This document shows positions 1 through 14,508 of a DNA stretch of 64,000 bases, one piece after another; positions within the stretch are counted from its first letter, which is position 1, and each line of letters starts with the position of its first letter. The position numbers and the translations under genes are program-made. Source of the DNA: Octopus vulgaris (Eukaryota); contig OX597831.1 in NCBI GenBank assembly GCA_951406725.2, positions 70,184,001 to 70,248,000 on the forward strand. The letters are read 5' to 3'. Below the pieces are notes generated by a model. That model was not told where the DNA came from. It saw nothing but the letters and a program-made list of their open reading frames with translations, and searched no databases.

Positions 1-304
1 TAATTGGATGCAAATGCAAACGGGAGTCGGACACATTTAAATCAAATATGCAGTATAACTGACTGTAGAAATAAAAGAAAATTACAGATGTATTCATTTT
101 AATTGTTTTGGATATACATTCTGTAAACTATTTATAATCCAGAAAAGGGAACAAGGATTTACCCATCGGATGAAATATATTGAGACTGCCTATCCAAAGT
201 AATCCTATGTGCTCATTACCATTGGATGTAGTTAGCCGCAACTTGGATTATAACTGAGTGGTTGAATGGTACCCACCTAGATAATTTATCCCTATCTACT
301 CACT

Positions 305-312
305 ACACACAA

Positions 313-349
<37 letters not shown>

Positions 350-354
350 CACAC

Positions 355-407
<53 letters not shown>

Positions 408-410
408 CAT
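305..410. repeat. (CA)n/(TA)n microsatellite
   Basis: Direct reading. Confidence 0.95.
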
Positions 411-1360
411 GGAGAGACGTGTATTCCCACGCAGGAAAAAATATAGGAAAATTTGTTCTGTTGTTTGAAAATGCACCTGAATCTCCAAACGTGTAGTCGT
501 TTTTAAATTTTGTAATAGATTTATTCAAATATGAAGCTGGTTTCGACAATTTTTTGCCTATCAATAGTGAAAATAAATAAAGGGTTTAAGAGAGTTTAAA
601 GTTACGAAGTAAAGTTCGTAAAAATATGTTTAAACGATCAAATGTTCACAGAAATTTCAATGAGATTCGCAGTGATAGACAGTAATACAAGTTTGAATGT
701 TCAGTGAAGATCATAACAAATATACAAGACTGAAAGTTCCGTCGAATTGAGTTTTTATTAAAATAAGAAAAAGCGGAGGAGAAAGAGAAAAGGATGGAAA
801 GAAAGTTTTGTTTACAATTTCTGTCGTAGTGCATGAAGGAGTTCTTTTCTGAATTTCAGTCGCAGTACATGAGTTCTTTCACGTTCTTCACTTGTTAGAA
901 TTGGTGATATTTTAAGTAAAGTGCGTTTGATATAAATGTTTTTTTATGGTTAAAGATCAAGTTTTGATTGGCTGCAAATTTGACGACGCGTTTTGTTTTT
1001 CACGTGGGTATTTTTGCTTTGGCAAAATCCAGCGTTCTGGTTGGTTGACTTCCTGGTGACGTCATTTATTTGTCGAACGTTTTCATTCCTTGTTGACTAC
1101 GACAAAGGATCAAGTCCTGATTGATTGTAAAGTATATTGACATTTATTTTGGTCAAATATTTTCGTTTTAGTGAAAATATTCAGCTTTCTAGTAGGTTGA
1201 CTTCCTGGTGAGAACTTGGTTTTTGCCTGATTATCATCTAGCGTTCTGGTTCGTTGGTTCCCTTATGAAGCCACTGGTTCGGTTGACTGTCTGGTTTTGA
1301 CCTGAAAAAATCTCACTGGTTTAGTCTGGGGTGACATCAGTAACTGGCGTTTGAAAACGT
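400..1360 (+). promoter_or_regulatory. CpG-retaining promoter / non-coding first exon candidate
   Basis: Many CpGs relative to the rest of the window; reverse CCAAT (GATTGGC 966-972), E-box CACGTG 1001-1006, CRE TGACGTCA 1057-1064, ETS-like ACTTCCTG twice; ends at a consensus donor GTAAGT at 1361. Confidence 0.5.
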
Positions 1361-1521
1361 GTAAGTTTTTATTGTACAATAGTTTGGAGTTGGGCTTTCA
1401 AATCTCCGAGGAACCCTGTTACTTAAACTTTTTGATTTATATTTGTTTTTCTCAGTCCATGAATAAATTAGGTGTTTTCTCTCTGTGTTATTATCGGATA
1501 TTTAATTGTGATTCACATAAT

Positions 1522-1900
1522 GTGTGTTGTTGTTGTTGTTATTATTATTATTGAGTGAGAGAGCAGTGCATGCCATCAAAGTGACACTGGGGTAAAATAT
1601 ATGAAGCCCAGTATACCGATCATGACTACCTGTCTGATAAGAGTACACTAGGCACATGCATCACAACCATATGTGCGCGACATGGTGATCTCATTTCAAG
1701 ATAAACAGCACATGACCTTGCTGGTGGGGCCCAGTTAGAATTTTCTTGTAGTCGAGTAGCCCATCCCACTCAAAAGGTCCTTGAATAAGAATTGTTTAAG
1801 GATGTTGAATGAACCACCCAAAGGTTTCATTATCCAAACCTCTGAGAATTCCTTTCAACACATGGCTATGATGCTCCCCCACTACTTCTGCTTGTGGTCA
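1522..1900 (-). mobile_element. Interspersed retro-repeat fragment with (AAC/AAT)n tail
   Basis: GC-richer block abutting a (GTT)(ATT) run, as expected for the 3' tail of a minus-strand retroposon; family not assigned. Confidence 0.45.
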
Positions 1901-2156
1901 GTGCCAAGCCAAGGAGGACAGAACCTCATGGTTGGAGGGACAATATAGAAGGTAGAAGAAGGTCAGTACCAGAATAACTTTTGAAAAGTGTGTAGTGTCA
2001 TAAAACAAAAAGAAAAAACCCTGTTTGGAATTTCCAAGAAAAACAATCAAGGATGTTTGCATTTCTGCTTATTCATCTCCCCCGAAGAATAATGTGCAGC
2101 TGGGTAGGCAGAAAATGACATTGATAAAGATGAAGATTGAAAAATAACATCAATGA

Positions 2157-2563
2157 GGCGCAGGAGTGGCTGTGTGATAAGTAGCTTGCTTACCAACCAC
2201 ATGGTTCTGAGTTCAGTCCCACTGCATGGCACCTTGGGAAAGTGTCTTCTGATATAGCCCTGGGCCGACCAATGCCTTGTTAGTTGATTTGGTAGACAGA
2301 AACTGAAAGAAGCCCGTCGTATATATGTATATAAAAATGTGTGTGCGTGTATGTTTGTGTGTCTGTGTTTGTCCCTCTAGCATTGATTGACAACCGATGC
2401 TTGTGTGTTTATGTCCCCGTTACTTAGCGGCTCGGCAAAAGAGACCGATAGAATAAGTACTGGGATTACAAAAGAATAAGTCCCGGGGTCGAGTTGCTCG
2501 ATTAAAGGCGGTGCTCCAGCATGGCCGCAGTCAAATGACTGAAACAAGTAAAAGAGTAAAAGA
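2157..2563 (+). mobile_element. tRNA-derived SINE, family A
   Basis: Pol III A-box-like TGGCTGTGTG and B box GTTCAGTCCC, internal (TA/TG)n, (GTAAAAGA)n tail; ~20 copies in window. Confidence 0.9.
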
Positions 2564-2932
2564 ATGACCAAACAGAGAAGATCCTATTTGAATGTATGGC
2601 TGTTGCACAAGACTCCAGAGTATGGAAATTAGAGGTGGTTGTGTCTGACGTCCCTAATCCTTATCCATATATCCTATATCAGTTTAATGTATTCAATACA
2701 CCGTAACAGAATTGGTCTCACTACAGACTATTTGATGAACTAATTCTTCATTGTGTTTGTATGTCAGTGGCAGAATATTCCGCATACATGTATATATACT
2801 TATTAAATTTTTTAGGGTGAATCGTGATGACATTCTGTGGAACAAAATTATGATAGGGATTGTTATTATAAAATATTGATGGGATTTCATTATTATGAAG
2901 TAAATTCTTAACCGCTCCTCCATACATGAATG

Positions 2933-2934
<2 letters not shown>

Positions 2935-2978
<44 letters not shown>

Positions 2979-3096
2979 AACACACACACACACACACACA
3001 TACACACTCACAAACACACATACACACTCACAAAACACACACACACTCACAAACACACACACATACACACTCACAAACACACACACACTCACAAAC

Positions 3097-3129
<33 letters not shown>

Positions 3130-3155
3130 TACACACACACACAAACATGCACAAA
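2935..3155. repeat. Compound (CA)n / (CACACTCACAAA)n microsatellite
   Basis: Direct reading. Confidence 0.95.
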
Positions 3156-3929
3156 CATGGGACTGAGTATGAATCTTTATTCTAAGCCCTATTGCTTTGT
3201 TCGGGTTGCATCGTCATCTGATATGTTTCTATTTAGCACCGTATCATAAATGTTCAAGAAGGTGGTGATGGCGGTGAAAGAGGAGATGGAGCTGGTGGGG
3301 GATGGGACAGTGGCGATGGGGGTGATTCCACCTTGTTGTTTTGTTGTGTCTATAAAACTCATATCTATGTATCAGTGAACAAAGGCATACAGTAATGGAT
3401 ATTTATTCTAAATCTCCGATAAATTCCTTCAATAGCTATTTCATCTAAATCTTGGATAAACCATCATTACATGTTAGTTGTTGTCTTTCTCTTTTTTCCC
3501 TGCTTTTCTTCCCAGTTTTTTTTTTTTTTTTTTTTCAATGTTAACAATTTATAAAAGATATCGGTAGAAGTTCTGCTTCAACAAGACTTCAGTGCATTCA
3601 ATTTTGTTTATGGTTGTTATTTTGTTGTTGTTGATGTACTTGTTTTCCTTATCAGGTTTCTCGTAATTTTTTTTTTTTTACCGAAATATATCTGGAAGAA
3701 TTATATCAACTATTTCCCTTCTTGGTTTCTTTTTGTTTTTCCTATTTTAGTTTTGTATTCCCCCCCCCCCTCTTCACTTATCTTTATTGTTGTTGTTATT
3801 GATAATATCTACATTATAATTCACGCTATTTTGCAGTATATTGTGTATGTCTTATTGCATCATCTATCTCAGCTCCATGTGCTGCGGGTGTATACAGTTT
3901 TGCTCAAACTTTGTTTTCGTGTGTGCGTT

Positions 3930-3953
3930 CACACACACACACACACGCACACA

Positions 3954-4012
<59 letters not shown>
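3930..4012. repeat. (CA)n microsatellite
   Basis: Direct reading. Confidence 0.95.
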
Positions 4013-4013
<1 letters not shown>

Positions 4014-4348
4014 TATTGTTTCTTTTTTTTATACATATCTTTATTATGTATTTTACTAGCATGGTTAGAAGTTTTTCTGTGTTCTGTGTATGACTGCACC
4101 ATTCATATTTTGGTATGTGTCATTAGGGTAATCTTGACATAATGTGCCTATTTCTGTGTATCTTTATTATTATCTGCTACTGTTAGTAATGTTCTGAATT
4201 TGTTACCATCCACCATCAACTTTACATTGCAGATATTTTCCAGTCTAAGTTATATGTATTTTTACAGCCTTTTTATTTATTCATTTTCAGTTTTCTGCGA
4301 TAGATATTTTCGCCCCAGTGGGATTGTACCATCTATTAGCATGTATCA

Positions 4349-4361
4349 TAATAATAATAAC

Positions 4362-4398
<37 letters not shown>

Positions 4399-4407
4399 GT
4401 AGTAGTA

Positions 4408-4457
<50 letters not shown>

Positions 4458-4570
4458 GATAATAACAGTGATAAAAAAAAATAATAATAATAATGATAAT
4501 AACAGTGATATAAATAATAATAATAATGATGATGATGATGATGATGACAAAAACAACAACAACAACAACA
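4349..4570. repeat. (AAT)n/(AGT)n/(GAT)n/(AAC)n trinucleotide array
   Basis: Direct reading. Confidence 0.95.
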
Positions 4571-5230
4571 GTATGCTGGCAGTTTTTTTTTACTTCATTG
4601 TTGATATGTAGAAGTATAACCTATGGGTTTAGACAGATATGTGTGGTTATGAATTTCAATTCACAATCTTATGATTCTGAGTTCAAACATTTCACAGGAT
4701 ACTCCTCTGTACCTTTTACATTTGCCTAGCTTTTACCAATAGTTTTGTAAATAAAACTTGGTAAATGAAAGCAATTGCAAGATTTGGCTGAAGGCAAATT
4801 GGAAGGCTTAGTTATGTACACATGATAGTAAACAAAGGTTGTGAGTCTTCTGTCCTGAATAGGAAGTAAATTGAAAAAAGAAAACAAGGAAAACAGATGA
4901 GCTGCTGAGAGCAGTAGAGAGATGCAATGAGAACAGTGATGCTGAAGACTACAACTGCTATATCCACAGTACCACCAGTCATAGGTCCTAGAGTAGCCTG
5001 GGTGGAGTCTCCTAATTTTCAGTGATACCAGCACCAGGGATTTATGAGGTTGAGTACCATGAAGCCAAGGCTGTCTCTTCCCCCAGCACAACACCTACTT
5101 TCATCTAATTGTCTTGCAATGATGGGCAAGAAATGTAGCCAAGAGTAGAGTGGGTAAAAGTTCTATCTATATACATAAAAAAAAAACTTAACCTATTTTT
5201 TTTTACCCTTGCAATATTTTCACATTGCAG

Positions 5231-5380
5231 GGTGGCTAGCTGGAAGAATCATTAGCCAAGCAAAATGCTTAGTGGCATTTTGTCTATCTTAATTGTCTGA
5301 GTTCAAATTCTGCTGAGGTCGATTTTGCTTTTCATTTTTTCCGTGTTGATAAAATAAGTACCAGTTGAACACTGGGGTCA
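5231..5380 (+). mobile_element. tRNA-derived SINE, family B (degraded)
   Basis: GAGTTCAAATTC...GAGGTCGATTTTGC...GATAAAATAAGTACCAGT matches the younger copies at 33973 and 55561. Confidence 0.75.
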
Positions 5381-6210
5381 AAATTTGGAATCGGTTTTTA
5401 CACATTGCAAGATTGTTGTTTTTAAAATAGCTAAAAGAGGTGTTATCTCTTCTGGGTCCCCGACATGCTGCTGCGGGATTGCCTGCAGGCGGAAAGAGAT
5501 TTGATCGGGGATGTTTGATAAGAGGCTTAGCACCTCAATTGATGTTAATGTAAGAGGTTCATTACCTCATTTGTGTTTGTTTTTTTTTTTTTTTTTTTTA
5601 AATAAAAAATTAAAAAAAGAACAGTGTTCTCGAGAGACATCATTTTGCTTCCCTCATTAATATCATTATTTAGGTCATCATTTCATCTCGTTTGTGTAAT
5701 TGTCCAGCCCGCCCTTGCTTCTATCTTTGTAATGCCTTTATGGCAAATCTGATGAAATATAGAAGAGGTGTTTGTCATACTAGTGGTAGCACCAACAAAT
5801 ACAGCCCTAACAATCAATCAAACAGGCAGAAAACTTAATTGCTTCAACATGAACAATAGAAGACATGAAAGGAATCATGTTAGAACAAAAAGTAGTTTAA
5901 ATCTTGAAATGCTGAAAGAAAAGCAGTTTAAATGAAAATATGTAACAAAATAAGAATGGACAGCACCATCAACAACAAACCAACTCTCTACAATCATTTT
6001 CTAACAGAGCGGAAAAAAGAGAGCAACTAGATTTGAGCAAGATCAAGGAAAAAAAAAAAGAAGTGTATAAAGCATATCACGAAATAGAATACAGGCATGT
6101 ATCATTGTTTTTTGATCAAAACAAAGGAGCTTTCCTATTGTCTCAAAGGTAGAGTCAGAGAAAGCTTTCATAGATGTGTTTTACATCAACCATAAAGCAC
6201 GTATAGAAAT

Positions 6211-6372
6211 GTAGGAGTGGCTGTGTGGTAAGTAGCTTGTTTACCAACCACATGGTTTCGGGTTCAGTCCCACTGCGTTGCATCTTGGACAAGTGTCTTC
6301 TGCTATAGCCTTCGGCCGACCAATGCCTTGTGAGTAGATTTGGTAGACGGAAACTGAAAGAAGCCCGTCGTA

Positions 6373-6428
<56 letters not shown>

Positions 6429-6642
6429 TGTGTGTGTTTGTGTGTCTGTGTTTGTCCCCCTTGACAACCGATGCTGGTGTGTTTATGTCCCCGTTACTTA
6501 GCGGTTTGGCAAAAGAGACTGATAGAATAAGTACTGGGCTTACAAAAGAATAAGTCCTGGGGGTCGATTTGCTCGACTAAAGGCGGTGCTCCAGCATGGC
6601 CGCAGTCAAATGACTGAAACAAGTAAAAGAGTAAAAGAGTAA
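6211..6642 (+). mobile_element. SINE family A
   Basis: Full-length match to the other copies. Confidence 0.9.
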
Positions 6643-6974
6643 GGTTTTTCTCTTTTAACCAAGGCCAAAATAAGAGGATAGGTGAAATTGTAACATCACA
6701 TGCCTGCTATTGGAACTAAGAAATTCCAGAATTACAATCAGAGACAGCATAAATGGCAATCCTTGATTTATCAACTTAGTGCAAACAATATACAAATAGT
6801 GAGTGCAACAGTGATCTGCAGCAATTTATGTTAAGGTGGGGTTGTCTGTATGGCATCTAGCTTCTGTTGATCCTTGAAGACCACTTAGCTATCTTGGTAC
6901 TGTAATCCACCAATGGAGTAACAGCTAAGTCAGGAAGACTATTGATGTAGAAGAGCAGAAAACTCAGTACTAGA

Positions 6975-6977
6975 GAG

Positions 6978-7009
<32 letters not shown>

Positions 7010-7156
7010 TGTGTGTGTGTGTGTGCATGTCTGTGTGTGTGTGTGCATGTCTGTGTGTGTGTGTGTGTGCATGTCTGTGTGTGTGTGTGCATGTCTGTGT
7101 GTGTGTGAGTGCATGCATGTGTGTGTGTGTGCGAGTGCATGCGTGCATATGTGTGT
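6975..7156. repeat. (GA)n + (TG)n compound microsatellite
   Basis: Direct reading. Confidence 0.95.
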
Positions 7157-7635
7157 AAAGAAAGAACATGCCTAATTTGGTTTATCAGGTCACTGGGGCA
7201 CAGCTAAATAGTTTGTCTTTATGCAACTTGGTGACAGCCAATCATTGTAAGATACGTGCTTATAGAATATATACGTATCAATAGATATCACATAAAATGG
7301 ATCAAATACGTTTCCATAATGGACTTTTCACACACTTAAAATTGTATGGAATTGCTCAACCATTATGTCTTTCGAAACCAATACCTCATGTTGCCATTAA
7401 TAATAGAATCTGTAGAATCTTAGGAGACCTCCTAAACAAGTCATAAAAATTCGTTTGCCACCCAACCATTACACAAAAATTACTCAATTTTGTGAATATT
7501 TATTTGATAGCAAACTATTAGTTGGCTATAGCAAGAACATTCAATGCATGTAGTAGTTGAAGAAAAATGCTTCGTACTAAAATCAAAATTAGATCACAGA
7601 CTGAGCTCAGTGAGAACTTAGCACTTAGTGGTATT

Positions 7636-8027
7636 TGGATGGATGGAAGCACTCCGTCGGTTACGACAACGAGGGTTCCGGTTGATCCGATCAACGGAAC
7701 AGCCTGCTTGTGAAATTAACGTGTAAGTGGCTGAGCACTCCACAGACATGTGTACCCTTAACGTAGTTCTTGGGGATATTCAGCGTGACACAGAGAGTTA
7801 CAAGGCCGACCCCTTGAAATACAGGTACAACAGAAACAGGAAGTAAGAGTGAGAGAAAGTTATGGTGAAAGAGTACAGCAGGGATCACCACCATCCCCTG
7901 TCAGAGCCTCGTGGAGCTTTATGTGTTTTCGCTCAATAAACACTAACAACGCCCGGTCTGGGAATCGAAACCGCGATCCTATGACCGCGAGTCCGCTGCC
8001 CTAACCACTGGGCCATTGCGCCTCCAC
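7636..8027 (-). mobile_element. tRNA-derived SINE, family C (tail type 1)
   Basis: Reverse complement of 27652-28035; head GGAGGCGCAATGGCCCAGTGGTTAGG with B box GGTTTCGATTCCC. Confidence 0.9.
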
Positions 8028-9670
8028 ATGTGGTATTTACACTAGTCAACAAGAGAGCCTTTTCATAAGTGTTTCACTTGCTAGAAATAGTGGCTAAAGC
8101 TCCCTTAAATTACTCCCTTCTGTCTTAAAAATATAAGAATTTGTTAGATAATTTAGTCCTAGATATACTCGACCTGAAAAAAAAGGAAAAAAGACAGAAT
8201 AGTCAGGGTTTGAATACCTATGACACCACAAGTCATTTCACTCAGAGCTGAGCTGGAGTTAGAGAATCACAGCTTATGAATTCGCGTGCATCATATGGTG
8301 TCACTGTATCTATATGAAGATATTTTCCTTTTGAAAAAATGTTTGTAATTTTTAAAAAATCCTTATAGGTGTATTTTAAATGTTTAAACTAGAAGTTATC
8401 AGTTTTGAAACTGAACTAGAGATCACATTTCACATAGAAAGTAAAAAACTCTGATAAATTTCACTTGAAAACTTTTTTTAAAAGTTTAGAGTTAAAACAT
8501 AAGAAAATTAGAAAAAATTGAAAACTGTTTCTTGTGTTGTTTTTCAAGATACTCAGGTATTAGCTGGGATTTTCTAAAGCTTTAGATTATATTTGCTATT
8601 TTTTTCTGTTCTCTCTTTTGCTGGTATATTTACTTTCCTTAAATATGTACATGGCCAGGTATTCAAATAATCGACAGTTGTTTATTATTTTATGACAAAT
8701 AATTATCTATTATCAGAAAAACACATACTCAGTTTCTTTAATCCAATTTCTATTTTTTCATTGAAATAGTTGAAGGTTTGATAAACTATCAGTAAGAAGA
8801 GAATACTTTTTACAGGATATTTATTCGACAGAATCTAATGATTTTATCATTCTCCACCACAGTGCATCAAATGTTATAAAATCATAACGTAATCTGAAGC
8901 TCAAATTTGTATCATTACTGTGAAAGGTTCAAATAGCCCCACACCCAATCTTGTTATCTGAATGTAACCCATCTGTATAACTGATCCACTTGTTAAGACA
9001 GCGCATTGTATAATGCTGTGGTATTGTTTTGTTTCTTCTGTAGTGTTGATTTATATTCATTATTTTTCAAATTCTTCTAACCATGGAGACAGCCAAATAT
9101 CATACTGCTTTCATTTCTGTTTAAACTGAGCAGTTAAAAATTTATGCTTTCTAGATTCTTCTGTTAACATGTTAGTAGGGGTCAGCTCTGCTTCATGTAA
9201 AAATATCTCTTTTGGTAGTAGATATTAAATGACCCAATAGAGTTTTTCCTATTTGAGTACATATCTCCCCTTAATTAGCTGCCATACAAAACCTTGAGCG
9301 TTGATAACTCTCTTGTTACACAACCTCAAGTGTTTATAATTAGACAATGGTATTTTTATCTATATAACTTTAATAATGTTGTCATCTTGAGGTCATTTTT
9401 TTCTCCATTAAAAACTAGAAATGAGTGTCTCATTTCAAATCAGGTTAAAACCAAATACTGAAAATCTTTTAGTCTACATTTTTTCTGCGCTTTTGATTGC
9501 TAGTTCATTAAACATGTTTTAAGACATTAATAATTGATATATTTTGAGTTACAGATATGTATCAGTTTTGTTTTATAGGCATCATATTGTTGATCAATTT
9601 TCGTTTGCTCTTTTACATGTTAATAGGATTATACTCTTCTTAAGTGTTAAGTTTTTATCCTTAGAGTGTA

Positions 9671-10066
9671 TCTCTTTACTCTTTTACTTGTTTCAGTCAT
9701 TTGACTGCGGCCATGCTGGAGCACCACCTTTAATCGATCAACTCGACCCCGGGACTTATTCTTTTGTAAGCCCAGTACTTATTCTATCGGTCTCTTTTGC
9801 CGAACTGCTAAGTAACGGGGACATAAACACACCAGCATCGGTTGTCAAGCAATGCTAGGAGGACAAACACAGACACACAAACACACACATATATATATAT
9901 ACACATATATACGACGGGCTTCTTTCAGTTTCCGTCTACCAAATCCACTCACAAGGCTTTGGTCGGCCCGAGGCTATAGTAGAAGACACTTGCCCAAGAT
10001 GCCATGCAGTGGGACTGAACCCGGAACCATGTGGTTGGTAAACAAGCTACTTACCACACAGCTACT
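9671..10066 (-). mobile_element. SINE family A
   Basis: Reverse-complement full-length copy. Confidence 0.9.
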
Positions 10067-13000
10067 ATTTATATTTACACAATACATTGCAGTCAATTTG
10101 ATTGTGGATTATCTTCAGATGTCATTGTTCCAGGCTTGATACAAAGTAACTTTTATTTCTGAACTGCATACACATTCAAGAATAAGACACCTGGTAACAA
10201 ACGAGATCTAACTGATCAAAACATCGTCGATGTGACCATTGTAATTACATACCCTAAGGATGCAATGAATTGACATTTTCTTTTCTTTATATATCGTTAA
10301 AAGATTGCTTAAGTCTATAAATTGAGACAAATATGAGTTTATGCATCACAAAACGATGTTATGGTTTAACAGTTTTTGAAATACATTTATTGAATATTCG
10401 GCAACTACATTTTTGCATGAAACCATGCAGAAACCATTCACATACTTTTACAGCAGACTATTCTTAATAAACACGTATCTATTTGTGGAGTGAATCTCAT
10501 CCGGTTTACAATGAAATGAGTCTGATTTTCGGTACGGTAATTGATAATTCTATACAAACTCATTTTGTTGATCATGAAGGCAAATCTAACCTCAATGAAA
10601 TTTGAACACAGATTAATTTTGAGGTATGAATATGGTCTTGTGGAGCATTTATTTACTTAGGCTTTCACAGAACCAACTTTACTATACAATCAGTGAAGAT
10701 ATATCCTTAAACTATAGGTAACATGTTATAACAGTATTTTCATATGAAAAATTGCTTTGTATTCTGATGCATAAATATTATACATGAATATGGATGTTAT
10801 TTCTTTTTTCTTTTCTTTTTCATATTTCCCCCTTTGGAAATAACCAATTTTAGGTAAGTAGATGAACATCTTTTCAAACATAATATTGTCTTCCATTACA
10901 TAACAATATTGTTTGTTGCATCATAAACTTATTACTTTTTTATCAATTTGTTGGTTGTTGTTATATGATATCTAAAATTTGATAAAGAATGAATTAGGCC
11001 AATATCATATGATGTATCATTCCTGTTCACAACATGTATCGTTCATTGTTATAAATTATTTCATTCATTATTTCCAACAATATCATAATAACACTATTAA
11101 CATATTGTTATTGAAAAACATATAGCTATGGTACTGAATGTACATCATTTAAAAGTTTTTTTGCATTATTTCCTATTGAAATTATTTAAGCATATTTGTT
11201 CTGGCACTTAAAATAATTCTTTATTCATCACAAAGATTTGCTACCATTTTTCTTTTTTGTATATAAAGCAATAACTACTGCTAAAGTATATTTAGCAGAA
11301 TACATCACCTTACATAATAAACTTATTTCATTAATATTATCTCTGTGAGGCTTTTAGAAATAACATTTTACCCACTTTTTTCAAATATTTGCTAAAATAA
11401 TCTCAATAATAACATTCATGTGCTTTGTATAAGACATGATGCCTGAAAGTCTAAGATGCTGGACAACTGGTAATGCTGTTGTAAATTCAAATCTTATTAA
11501 TGCAACAAAAGAAAATAATTAAAATCTAAGGAATCTGATGATGGTATGCATTGGAAACAAATACTAAAGAAAATGGTTGGGGAAGAAAAATTCAAATGAA
11601 TGCAGTTTGTAAAATAAACTTGTGTACTGCAAGGAGAGATATTTTGAAGGGGATCCTTTTTCAGATTTCCCTTCATCTCATAAAAAACCCTTAAAATTTA
11701 ACCTGTTTTACGAATTTCATTTACCAGAGCATCAATTTTTAATCTTATATATAATTAGTAATTATGCTTAATTACTAATTTGATTCAGTTTTGACAGACT
11801 GATATAAAAAAACTTTCACTTGCACTTCATTGTTCAAGGATTTATGATTGATTTAGTGTTTAATGAAGCTTATCCAACAGTAATGATAAATGTGATAATA
11901 ATATGTAAACATCCACTTAAGTTGGAAGGTAAACATTGGTGCAAAATAGCAAAGGAAAGAAATGTCCGGCAAACTGTCTGTACTGAAGTGCCTAGAGAAC
12001 ATAAAATGGATAACCAAGATAATTAAATGTGATTTGGGCACATCTGGAGAGGATTCATGGAAATTGCTAAGCTGAGAGCATACAAAGCATATGATAATTT
12101 GATGTGTAAGTTGTTCGAGTGTTGAGGGTTTATGATGTCATTTTGATCTCTTGTAACACAAAGTCTCTGTATTTTGGTATTGCTGATGTGACTGCAAAAT
12201 GTAATTAGCATAGTTAATATGAAGCATAAAAATTAGTGTCAGGCAGTAATTTAAGTTCACAGTTGTTATAGTGTAGAGTTTACTTATTTCTCTTGTTTAA
12301 CCCTAAGTTACATATGATCATGCAAACCTATGTTCATAGTTGTTCCACTTATGATGAACCTGTCATTTGTATATCTCGGACAACATAATTCTTTCTATTT
12401 TTTATAAGAACCTAATCTGAGAGGGATTTCGCTGTTAGTTCTAGCAAGTCAAATGATTGCATTAGGGATTCCTTGTTTGATTTAGGTAGTAAATGAGTAT
12501 GGCCAGTAACAAAGTAGGTTTTATTTTAGCACGAAATATAGGCAAACTTTCTTCACAACCACACAGTTACAAAATAACCAAACTTACATTTTGAAGGCTA
12601 GGTATCCTCTTCCGAGAATATCTGCAGGTACGCACATCTCTATCATAATCAGGAGAAATTTGTATTTTAGTAAGTCACACAAATTACTAAACTCTTCTTC
12701 CCACTCATGTGTTCATCTAACTCTAATGACAATACTTCTTCCTTTAACTGTAGATATTTGATGGCTAAAGAGTCCTCTGGTGGTGGGGGTGAAGGTGGTA
12801 ATAGGAGAATTTCTACTCATTCTTTTCAACTGTCTTTTCTATCTCCAGTATTTAAAATTTGTCTCCACACAGCTGCTGCAAAATAGTGCAGTAAATAATA
12901 ACATCCTCAAGATTTTCAGGTGTGATTTTTGTACTCCTCCAGAGTGCTCTTCATTTGATTTGTATAGTCCTTCTTTGGCTCCGCAGCTGAACCTTGATCA

Positions 13001-14335
13001 TTAGTATAACTAGTTGATACTATTTTGTAGGGAACCAACATGAGAACATCTTTATTATGTGCTGATGCTGGGTGATTATGATCTCAACATACGAACAGTC
13101 TTCATAGGTATTCTAGTATGAAATGCTGGAGGCAAAAGCTCTGGCAGCACTCCATAAGCTTTATGTGATGACTGCAGGTGCTATCAAGGAGAGTGATGAT
13201 ACAGTCCACTTAGTATTTGATAACTGTTGTGGAATAATGAAGGCTCTTATTTTGAAAGACTGTTGATATCTCTCAAAGGTTACTCATTTCAATATATAAA
13301 AATGCAAGTTTACTCAATACTTAGATATTAGTGAATGTTCATTAGGTGAAAAATATTGTAAAGTCCTTATATTTAGTAAACATTATTCCACTTGCCTCTG
13401 TATTTTCTCTCACAAAATTCATAGAATATTTTATATTCCATGTAATATGTAATTACCAGCATTTGTCACTGAAATTCTTACATTATGATATTAGTTAAAT
13501 TTCAGGAAATATTACTCTTGATAAGTTATGGAAAGCAGAGGGTGAATTGCATACTGTTTCAAATGATTGAATTACAATTTTTTTGCTTTAAAATTCCCTT
13601 CCCAGTCTTCTGCTCATCATACTGAGAATATGTTAATCCATGTTTTAAAGGGTTCAGAATTCCCTATAAAATTATTATAAGATTTTATATTTGCATAGGA
13701 ATCCTAAAGGAATCATTTCTCTGAAAAGTACTGTTATTTTCAGATGCAGTTTGCTCTAATACCATAATATCCCTTCAGATTTATTGCTTTTTTTTCTACA
13801 AGAGATTTAAATTTGTTCCTGTTTTTATTTAGCTCTAGTCTAATCTTTATGAGCAATGTCCCAACCGTGACCACTTGTATTATTTTCATACATAATATCT
13901 AGGACTATATTGTGCCCTTTTTTTCTTAAGATAGTTAGACGTTGTTTGAAGAAGATTTGGCTGCCATTTCTTGCCACTTAGAAGCCTCTCTTTATCTCAT
14001 ATAGGTGAAACAAAACTTCAGGGATCATATTTTTTCCCAACAGTATTATGACAAGAAATGGAAGTAAAATGAATTTTTGATTGTATATAGGAAACAAGAC
14101 TTAATTTTGATACAATTCACCTGGTGCTTACTCTCCACTATCACAGCCACCAATGGCAGAAGTATACTGGAAGTATATTTCTAGTACCCAATGATACATG
14201 GAAGAGTTTTATGCCAACACTATCAGCTAACACACTGCACCTGTTCAACCACAATACTGAAAAGTACCATTTCACTGTAGTTGTATTTTATTGGTAGTGG
14301 AACTTTTGTAGCAAGAGATATGTAGATACAATACT

Positions 14336-14508
14336 TATTTCTTTACTACCCACAAGGGGCTAAACACAGAGGGGACAAACAAGGACAGACAAATGGATTA
14401 AGTCGATTATATCGACCTCAGTGTGTAACTGGTACTTAATTTATCGATCCTGAAAGGATGAAAAGCAAAGTCAACCTCGTCGGAATTTGAACTCAGAACG
14501 TAACGGCA
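14336..14508 (-). mobile_element. SINE family B (5'-truncated)
   Basis: Matches 33973-34206. Confidence 0.85.
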
